Virus record (IMG/VR): IMGVR_UViG_3300016464_000258
Location: 1 to 30,097 of that record
Source of the DNA: a virus
Lineage: Duplodnaviria; Caudoviricetes
DNA length: 30,097 nucleotides
Reading direction: 5' to 3' (one strand)
Part shown: positions 24,601 through 30,097 of the stretch, one piece after another
Layout of the letters: each line of letters begins with the position of its first letter
Numbering within the stretch: the stretch's first letter is position 1
Notes under the pieces: model-generated
Seen by the model: the letters and a program-made list of their open reading frames with translations, nothing else
What the model was told of the DNA's origin: nothing
Databases searched by the model: none
Position numbers and translations under genes: made by a program

Positions 24601-27600
24601 AACCCTCTATATCAAAGAAAATATCTGTTGGATCGAACGGCTCAGGCAAATATTGAGGTTTTTCTTCCTCTCCTGACCGTTCTTCTTTAGGGGACGGGCC
24701 TCTACTTTCAAAGTAAGAGTCAGAACTTTGCCAAACATTTCTTCTTAGGTCATCTGGCATACCATCTGCAGCTGGTTTTGACATGAAGTTTGCTAGATCA
24801 TCTCTGGATTCAAAAGATGACAAAAATTCGTTTACGTCTGTAGGAAGATCCCAGCCAACAGTTTTGATCCAGTCTGCAGATCTATCATTCGTATCTAGGT
24901 CAAAAAATTCTTCTTTTTGCGAAGGACCTAGAGGAATTCCACCAAGAATATCTATAATTGGGTCACCGGTCTCTGGTTTAGACGAAACGGTTCCAGAATT
25001 CTTATCTTTAACTTCTGTTGAACTATCTGGTGTAACTACAAGTTTAGAATAGAGAGCTAGATCTAAATCAGTTTCTTCCATTCTCTTTGACTTTTCTATA
25101 GGCGTAAAGAAAGTTTTTCTAAGCTTGTTTCCAAGAATAACAACTTCGTCTTCTTCGTAGGAACCAAATCCAGACCCAGGTATAGAGAAGACATCTTCAA
25201 TTGGAACTTTCATTCCCATTAAAATTACATCATCACTATCTTTAGAGCTTCCCGACCCAAAACTTTTTGCAACAAGTAGATCAGTGGACCAGGAAGAAAG
25301 CGGTCTTAGCTTTGAGAATGCTTCTAAAAGATTAAAGTAGGTTGATTTAAAAGCTTTTTTAAGTTCTTCATCACTAGAATAAGTAGATTTCTCTTTAGTA
25401 ACAGGGTTTACCGCAACCATATCATCTAAGAAGCTTCCCCTATAAACTACAACATAATCAATTCCAGCTTTTTTAAACGCATCCTGAGTAGAGTTATATT
25501 GAGCAAGTAAGAAATCGGTATATATTTTTTTATTTAACTGCAGATCATTTTCTATAGCGTTAGATACTGCATTTTCAAAATCTTGCTGACTATTAATTCC
25601 ATTGCTTTTAAATCTATTACTAGTAAATCTGCCTTTTACACCATCTTCGTATATTTTTTTGAAATCCCAGGTGGAATAATTTCTCTTGTCTTCACTAAAT
25701 AGTTCTGCAGCAACTTCCTGCATAGCATGAGATTTTATGCTCATATCATTTGAAGAAGTTGCCCATATCTTTACTAAATGTCCGATAGCAACTTTTTTAA
25801 CTTTGTCTATATCTTTTTTATTTTTATCGGATACTACTTTATATCCTTCATACTGACCACCAAGTTTTTTGTTTATAAAGTTCAGTATGTCTTCCGGTGT
25901 AGGTTGCGTCTCTAAAGGTTTTCTAATGTCATTGTTATAAGAATTTTTAACGGCATTTATTAAAGCATTGTCAATTTTAAGGAACATTAATTTTGGAAGA
26001 GTCATCCATAAATTACTTGATTCTTTTACAACAACTACAGTATCGCCAAGTTTTAAATTATTTAAATCTGTAGAAAAAGCTTCTTTAAAATCAGAAAGTT
26101 CTGAATCAGCATATTCAGCAGAAGTTATGGATAGACCGTAAGCTCTATTAAATTTATCTTCATTTGTACTTCCTATATCTTCAACATCTGTATATTGAAG
26201 ATCTAGAGCACTACCGCTATGAAGTCCAATACCTAGCTCTGTCATATCAATTGCTGGAATACTTCTAGCTGATTTAATCAGATCGAAAACATCTGTATCT
26301 GGCATATATCTTAAAAGTCTTGCAGCAGTAATCTTTTTTAACTCGCTGGATAGTCCGCCAGAAGAAGGTGCCATTGTACCTAAAACAGCTTGAGCTGTAT
26401 TGGATTCAATGGTGCCAAGAAGAGATTCTTCTGAAGCGATAACGTCTCGGACATCTGAAGCATTTGTAGCAGTTGTCTCTTCTTTAGGGGACGGGCCAAA
26501 GCTCTTATTCTTTGCAGCCTGAACATCGCCAAGATCGGTAATCTTTTGGTTGTAAACTTCTCTAAGCTGCTCTAGATCGTCATCATCGTTAAACTTGGAG
26601 TTAAATTTCTTTAGATGATCGTACATCTTTCGAGCAAAGTCTTTATAAGCCTGCTTACTTGATCCAGGATTTGATTTAAATTCTTCAATCATATCTTCTA
26701 GATCGCTTCTCAGCTGTGCAACAGCTCCGTCGATTCCTTCAGATACTTCTGGTTCTGGTGTTTCACTTTCTGGCTTCACTTCTGCTTCTGCTTCTGCTTC
26801 TGCTTCTGCTTCGGGCTTAGAGGAAATAGTGTTATCAACGTTGTACTTAGGGTCAGAACTATCTGGAGTAAATACGTTATAGAGATCTTCTGAAACTTCA
26901 ATCGACTCGCCATTTTCTCCAATGTAAATAACGTATTTAATCGGTCCTGGCCTATCAGTCTTCTTACCATTTCTAATTAAGAAGTCTTGAGACCTTCCTT
27001 TACCTACAGCATTCTCTATAAATATTTCACCTAGTCGTTTTAGTTTTTTATTGTGACGAACAATTTTCCACAACTCATCTAGGATTCCAGACTTGCCACC
27101 GCCAATCATTGGCAGCCCAGACATGTCTATTACTCCACCTTTAGTTTTAATAACGTCTTTACGAAGCATGGACTCGTCTACTGCAGTAGCATTGTCAATA
27201 TCTTCCGTGCTAATACCTTCTTCTTCTTTTATTTCATCAAGAAGCGGTCCTATTTCGTAAGGAATTGGGTCTTCAGGGTGAGTGTCTCCGTTATTAAGTC
27301 CATAGGTTGTTTCTCTTTGAATCTGAGCCATTAGATCTTTAATTTTTTTAAGTCTAGCTCTCCTAGCTTCGTTCATTTCATCAGTTTCGCCCTCGTCTGG
27401 AGCATACTGTATAAGATCTCTAAAATCTTTAAGTTTTTCATATATGGCAAATAGCGGATATTTTTCTAGCTCTGCCCTTAAACGTTTAGTCTCACGCTTT
27501 GTATTTTTTTGCCTAGACACTTCTTTATAGTTTTTATACTCTTGTCCAAACTTCTTCCACGCTTCTTTGTTTGCCTCGCGTTTTTCATCTGTAAGAACGT

Positions 27601-30097
27601 TCGGATCCGGTAGAACTCTTTTAACCTTGTCAAAACCATATAATGTCATAGACTTGCCAACAGTGAATAGTAGACTTGTCTTATCTTCATCGTGATAGCT
27701 GATGTGCCTGACTTTTCTAGGTCCAGTTGGAGTCATAAGCACATCTCCAACTTTTACTTTAGAAACCGTAATTTCTTCTGTTTCCGGCTCTGTTTCTGTT
27801 TCTGGCTCTGTTTCTGGCTCTTCCTCTGTCTCGGTTTCGGCTTCGGTTCCAGACTCTTCTTTAATTTGTTTAGCTAAGTCATCCGCAGCCTTGCGAGCTT
27901 CGTCGGCTTCTTCTTTTCTGTCCTGAGCATCTAGGAAATCAGCAAGCTCGTAGAGAGCGTTTTGATTGTCATAATCTCCTCTTAAATTAGCTAACTCATA
28001 GGCTTTTTCTCTTAATACAACTTCTTCATTGGTTGGATCAAAGTTTCTATCTCTAGAATTAATACCTCTCGGGTAGTTTCTAAGAATCTCTGCAGCTCTA
28101 TTTTCTGCTGCATCGTTTTCTGGACTTCTCTGGTGATTATTCCACTTCCAACCAAAGAGCTTCGCTAGATCATTGAATAATGAAAATAGCTCTCCTCTAT
28201 CACCAAGAGAAGTAGCGTCTTTACCTGTAACGCTCATTCCAGGACGGCCATGCTTCTCCATAAAAGCATCGTGAGCTTTTATGTAGTCTCGTACGAACTG
28301 CTTTTGCTGATCATTTAGTCCGTCCCACAGAGCTGGGTCGACTAGAGCTGGTACATCTGAACTTTCCGACGGTTCTGAAGCAGGAGTTTCAGGGGCAGAT
28401 CCGGGTTTAGCAGAATAGTCTTCTATAGCCTTATCAACTACTTCGTAGATCTCTTCCTCGGTAAGATATCCCTTAGTGTTTGATTTGTCATACATTTTTT
28501 TGGAAAGAGCTTTACCCAATTCTTGTAAGAATCTATGGTTTTCAATCAGGTTTGGACCAATTTTATCCTCTACAGATTTACTAATCTTTTCTAAAGAATC
28601 TTCAGATTTATTAGGATCTTTTTCTATATACATTTTAATAGAAAAACGTAGGTTTCTTAGCTTTTGTTTTGCAACTCGTTTTTTTACAATTTCTAGTGTA
28701 GATACTGTAATAGTTGGGTCATCATCAGAGAATCTTATTGCACCTCCAACAGACAGTTGCTCGTCGGTAAAACTCTTAATCTTACCGTCTTTTAGTTTAA
28801 TTTTAAAAGTACGATTACCGTTTTTATCTTTATCGATAGAAATTACTTTACCTATGAACCCCATAATATTTTCTTCTGGGTAATCGGTATCACTGTAGTT
28901 TATGTAGGGTGGATAATCAGCTTTATGCATTAGATAGTCGTCTACCCTAATATCATCTAAAGATTTTATTGGACGGTGTTCATACCCGTATGGAGTATTA
29001 TTTCCATTATTACGAGCTATTGCATCAGCTACAAATTTTCTAGCTTCTTCTACAGCTTTTTCCCAAGCTTTACGATCGCTAATCTTGCCTTTAATAACTT
29101 TGTAAGTTTCAGGAGTACTTAAATGTTCTAGCCCTCTTATTCTATCGAAGTTATATCTAGAATCTAATAACGTAACTATCCAATGGTTCTTACTAGGAAT
29201 ATATTCAATAGATGCACCAAATCTTAGCCCACTGCGAAGTTCAGCATCCGTCTCCCCAAAAAGGCCAACGCTTGATTGCATATTTATGCCGTACTCAGTG
29301 AGCGCGCCATTTCTAATTTTAAACATTTCTATATCATCAGGTAGGGGGAAGTCATGCTCATCTTCTGCTCTACCGGCTGGGCTTGTGGCTGGAGTAGCGA
29401 CAGGTTCGACTGCCGGGGCATTAATTTCTCTATACTTCTTAGCAAGTTCAACGTTAGCTTGATTTACAATTTTTTCTAGGGCAGACATGTCATCCGCGGA
29501 TCCTGGAACCTGAAGAGAAGATACTACGTTACCTTTAGGGTCGACAACGTCAGCTATCCAGTTTTGACCATCATTACGCAAAACTGCTCCAAAAGGAGGT
29601 TTTCTTTCTAGATCTATCTTAGTATCTCTTGCTGCTTTCCATTTATTAGTTTTAGGATCTCTAACAGCTCTCAAAACAAAAGTGTCAGTCTCTTTTTTAT
29701 ATTTTCTGAAGAATGGAAGGAACTGACCTGGAAGTTCTGCATTGTTATACTCTTTGTTTCTCTTAGCTACAAATCTCATGTAAAAATTAAAAAGTCCCTT
29801 AAAAACTTCAGATTCATTTTCTTTTCGTGAATCAAGAATCTCACTTGGACCATATACATCTCCTGAAATAGATCCGTCCCAGTGTAGCCACTGAATTTCT
29901 ACCAGTTGATTTTCTAATTTTCCAGCTGCATCTCTAGTAAAAGTAATTTTTAGACGAGCACCAGGCTTATCAAAGTTTTTGTTGTAGTAAAGAGTTGTAG
30001 TCTTTTTACCGGCTCCAAAGTTTTCTATCTCTTCGTCAGATATTGCAGGAGCTACCTCTTCGTCTCCTTCTTCTTCTCCACTTAGTTCTTCTTTTTG
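18668..30097 (-). CDS. Giant polyvalent protein, 5'-truncated, at least 3809 aa: 2x ADP-ribosyltransferase-like, 3x GNAT-like, ParB/Srx-like, HExxH zincin
   Basis: Reading 29780-30097 in frame gives no stop (QKEELSGEEEGDEEVAPAIS...FKGLFNFY, then MRFVAK). Motifs: VVYRG..RPLSSWS..EEDE; VYRG..RPMSSWS..EEGE; YKRRGLATALL; YQRRGLATALL; PEHRRKGIATAMW; EPIRV...VVTEGNHRVKAA; IHEFWH...TEVLT. Confidence 0.9.
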   Translation of the reverse strand, partial: QKEELSGEEEGDEEVAPAISDEEIENFGAGKKTTTLYYNKNFDKPGARLKITFTRDAAGKLENQLVEIQWLHWDGSISGDVYGPSEILDSRKENESEVFKGLFNFYMRFVAKRNKEYNNAELPGQFLPFFRKYKKETDTFVLRAVRDPKTNKWKAARDTKIDLERKPPFGAVLRNDGQNWIADVVDPKGNVVSSLQVPGSADDMSALEKIVNQANVELAKKYREINAPAVEPVATPATSPAGRAEDEHDFPLPDDIEMFKIRNGALTEYGINMQSSVGLFGETDAELRSGLRFGASIEYIPSKNHWIVTLLDSRYNFDRIRGLEHLSTPETYKVIKGKISDRKAWEKAVEEARKFVADAIARNNGNNTPYGYEHRPIKSLDDIRVDDYLMHKADYPPYINYSDTDYPEENIMGFIGKVISIDKDKNGNRTFKIKLKDGKIKSFTDEQLSVGGAIRFSDDDPTITVSTLEIVKKRVAKQKLRNLRFSIKMYIEKDPNKSEDSLEKISKSVEDKIGPNLIENHRFLQELGKALSKKMYDKSNTKGYLTEEEIYEVVDKAIEDYSAKPGSAPETPASEPSESSDVPALVDPALWDGLNDQQKQFVRDYIKAHDAFMEKHGRPGMSVTGKDATSLGDRGELFSLFNDLAKLFGWKWNNHQRSPENDAAENRAAEILRNYPRGINSRDRNFDPTNEEVVLREKAYELANLRGDYDNQNALYELADFLDAQDRKEEADEARKAADDLAKQIKEESGTEAETETEEEPETEPETETEPETEEITVSKVKVGDVLMTPTGPRKVRHISYHDEDKTSLLFTVGKSMTLYGFDKVKRVLPDPNVLTDEKREANKEAWKKFGQEYKNYKEVSRQKNTKRETKRLRAELEKYPLFAIYEKLKDFRDLIQYAPDEGETDEMNEARRARLKKIKDLMAQIQRETTYGLNNGDTHPEDPIPYEIGPLLDEIKEEEGISTEDIDNATAVDESMLRKDVIKTKGGVIDMSGLPMIGGGKSGILDELWKIVRHNKKLKRLGEIFIENAVGKGRSQDFLIRNGKKTDRPGPIKYVIYIGENGESIEVSEDLYNVFTPDSSDPKYNVDNTISSKPEAEAEAEAEAEVKPESETPEPEVSEGIDGAVAQLRSDLEDMIEEFKSNPGSSKQAYKDFARKMYDHLKKFNSKFNDDDDLEQLREVYNQKITDLGDVQAAKNKSFGPSPKEETTATNASDVRDVIASEESLLGTIESNTAQAVLGTMAPSSGGLSSELKKITAARLLRYMPDTDVFDLIKSARSIPAIDMTELGIGLHSGSALDLQYTDVEDIGSTNEDKFNRAYGLSITSAEYADSELSDFKEAFSTDLNNLKLGDTVVVVKESSNLWMTLPKLMFLKIDNALINAVKNSYNNDIRKPLETQPTPEDILNFINKKLGGQYEGYKVVSDKNKKDIDKVKKVAIGHLVKIWATSSNDMSIKSHAMQEVAAELFSEDKRNYSTWDFKKIYEDGVKGRFTSNRFKSNGINSQQDFENAVSNAIENDLQLNKKIYTDFLLAQYNSTQDAFKKAGIDYVVVYRGSFLDDMVAVNPVTKEKSTYSSDEELKKAFKSTYFNLLEAFSKLRPLSSWSTDLLVAKSFGSGSSKDSDDVILMGMKVPIEDVFSIPGSGFGSYEEDEVVILGNKLRKTFFTPIEKSKRMEETDLDLALYSKLVVTPDSSTEVKDKNSGTVSSKPETGDPIIDILGGIPLGPSQKEEFFDLDTNDRSADWIKTVGWDLPTDVNEFLSSFESRDDLANFMSKPAADGMPDDLRRNVWQSSDSYFESRGPSPKEERSGEEEKPQYLPEPFDPTDIFFDIEGYYDSIYDYTKMPDGSPFNWDDQQLMDIAEDAINNATGKTTINAKRANRRAVYEGIIAKPNVNSKTNVETIKDQVTLRDQTPSTKTVMNNTPFYNFADGSIYKQYIDEFTDKYGREYWIVTRVLDGNQDILATAHDKEKYDFNDLDAKEKYDSSSYLDVRGDMIGMIITFDRYKRRGLATALLYIARQRSGSPIEHSSALTKNGFAFSNSVDQANPDVHTHSKSKDIQKKALEERENEQSQGPSQKEEFLPEPFDPSDPNLDVEKAFNFNPTTFPDGTPIPERDLTVFKYHDDIIARYEEILNKYPKDSEEYKSAKQTIKNSKESKVRNFLGASAKYNPDSKTNSSTISERFDENGFEPSVEVKDYVPSNGARIERYQNRYTDQYGRKYLIITDVDDRIERSFVFAVDINNKNEDEIEKILKSDSYDNRYIEGSNVATLSFDDPEIDYRDGYVDSSSPNVKSKMAINSIYTNLPYQRRGLATALLFAARQYIPMYIVHSDTLSNMGAAFSKSIDPNPDDHDSRESKEILKEKKKSQGPSPKLELPEDDGGDETNVNDTPGRILQAQWAALINGLQEDFYENSNYQDAEIYIDPENYQASTDTWKGLSISSSIEKDLKIAAARLIGAEMRSSAKNILRAIADAEDSDLLWVDDLVSNLMAENEDESDDYEIAMRAFDTDLNNLKKDSLVMFYDSEDVGLFVTTMEYFIRSEDENKPDSYFTPEKLLKILNKFKKDTDIQILSKNNSDIDDSMRYVGSALFIKQWAKASNDEFLSDLLQKAAVEVFDMKDGTWATRSGDVEKNVENETDEQLKDFERKLRKTYKEEIDFAYGMNFQVYTDFIKSMYTVTQQFLEDLGVEYVRVYRGTGVGEAKDVDGDSDFKSSGIGMINVLQRPMSSWSFHDETALGFAAESIDNYFRDPLFIATLVPASQILAFPGAGFGSFEEGEIVLLGGFPRKVLAAAYKNKLDDDTAMDEDKINQRHFFLEKALYQIEKYFNDLYQNDEKSTLDLLNYNSGINPSTGPSQKEESSDYEDRLDKLQTAYMEENDPELELDENSDTTFPHVGVGPENKVIGYVRPEVLRSMKGNYTEENPDYRIGAKGGLYEPIRVSYDPENGLAVVTEGNHRVKAALDTKREYVPVFVVVNRGIPTDPSEWEDGFSPKKLKNVDKSIFPNDFNKLTVAHPIHIFDRKDVLAPGIGLDTSVESTPLNIDDTNENSDWIKNVGPSPKEENNEIYKKDYKISYEGNNARPGEWGEQVITTTHIPTGEIIGRLKWNDEEAYEDGVVQSIEVNPEHRRKGIATAMWKYALKLSRQGKVNKPRHSFVKSSEGKAWADSLKKGKGPSPKEETNEAPDKEAIVAAIDEIMAIKDIAMGPIYNFVTLNYSSRRYINKDTGKLESKKSLDPSVTSIPKEELLDIQGEKDRKAYKPTDTAIELKNKVVALGQMILGGAKKAAENRMIKEGLLPEGMDPDQHRVELDLAIKEKSEIIKEKSGQFKITKENLLANALKTVSYEDQEKLYQKLKSNDDYWWGKNPLVGEETLNMALVEGENLMKSIRDYFNGDGVYKEMVVLLDTGAKKSVWKPLNELSVARRRMGKWHLVDDYTELAGEKVALSNKLSYLEGILTTMAIKEGLVDISELEKMAAELKSLREETSKIQPPKQFAKKLHDYIAEEVKKSLEDLGVEFDSVDMSPVVGNVEPVPRYISSQYKYNYENRVGTFGRLNPKTIQELEDAFKFIPKNILESIKDYINSKKPRGNNNQPKIGIRESEARAHIYTARNNGNIIIRGSTLSDFIHEFWHLIQEMNSDIRAIEHAFTYDRVRNEDGTIKPILEIPYSNDTEKVYGNSSFSNANVVDPYTVKQYNPDSSSNNMRLHSNDNATEVLTTGMGDLFGAEDIGRFTNPKGLVVVTGRGSKREYYKNPHMDIATGLWYTDETMTNLINPKKITGVFGLDIASPTDWDFKAFSIGMLLALADLESK
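20564..26497 (-). repeat. Dispersed in-frame repeat encoding GPS(P/Q)K(E/L)E, 8 copies
   Basis: Copies at 26477-26497, 24908-24928, 24680-24700, 23861-23881, 22976-22996 (GPSPKLE), 21524-21544, 20915-20935 and 20564-20584. Confidence 0.95.
26781..26812 (+). repeat. Hexanucleotide tandem repeat (TCTGCT)x5 encoding an EAEAEAEAEAE linker
   Basis: tctgcttctgcttctgcttctgcttctgcttc read directly. Confidence 0.9.
27774..27850 (-). repeat. Degenerate hexamer repeat encoding an E-T/E-P acidic linker (TEAETETEEEPETEPETETEPETEE)
   Basis: Low-complexity tctgtt/tctggc units inside the giant ORF. Confidence 0.8.

Noticed and set aside
20564-26497. Dispersed repeats considered as a CRISPR array, integron attC sites or a DGR template/variable pair
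   Set aside because: Spacing is irregular (228-1569 bp), the repeats are in-frame coding with synonymous variation, and they are not palindromic. No adenine-specific mismatch pattern, and no cas, integrase or reverse transcriptase gene in the window.
27690-27775. VSKVKVGDVLMTPTGPRKV resembles part of a Hint/intein N-terminal region
   Set aside because: No Cys/Ser-initiated block A, no TxxH block and no C-terminal HN motif. An SH3/KOW-like barrel is more plausible.
1302-28883. The other short plus-strand ORFs and the alternative-frame minus-strand ORFs in the track (e.g. 1302..1490, 7389..7697, 9729..9914, 26776..26970, 28476..28883)
   Set aside because: All overlap long, motif-bearing minus-strand genes and show no recognisable protein features or convincing RBS.
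29777-29779. ATG given as the start of the 3703-aa ORF
   Set aside because: The frame stays open for 106 more codons to the window edge and there is no RBS before this ATG. It is most likely an internal Met.
1-30097. Stop-codon reassignment, tRNA or rRNA genes
   Set aside because: Genes are long and tightly packed under the standard bacterial code. Intergenic gaps are short and show no cloverleaf or rRNA-like sequence.

Overview
A 30-kb segment of a tailed (siphovirus-like) bacteriophage genome. All credible genes are on the minus strand. In transcription order (right to left): (1) A giant 'polyvalent' effector polyprotein. The ORF track starts it at 29779, but the frame is open to the window edge, giving at least 3809 aa. 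(2) A small, translationally coupled acidic ORF. (3) A 1512-aa multidomain capsid maturation protease. (4) Major capsid (hexamer-type) protein with an acidic N-terminal scaffold region, then a second capsid (pentamer-type) protein. (5) Major tail protein, head-tail adaptor, a small ORF, tail terminator and an HK97 gp10-like protein. (6) A tail assembly chaperone pair with a probable -1 frameshift, the tape measure protein and a truncated distal-tail-like protein. The capsid and protease motifs and the gene order resemble actinobacteriophages that have separate hexamer and pentamer capsid proteins (mycobacteriophage cluster B-like). Low GC would fit a low-GC actinobacterial host (inference). 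The most striking element is the giant protein. It is divided into cassettes by a recurring heptapeptide GPS(P/Q)KEE (8 copies, plus a probable 9th cut by the window edge). The cassettes hold two R-S-ExE ADP-ribosyltransferase-like domains, three GNAT acetyltransferase-like domains, a ParB/Srx-like domain and a terminal HExxH zincin. This looks like a virion-associated, possibly proteolytically processed toolkit of host-modifying enzymes. All product calls come from motif recognition and synteny; no database search was run.
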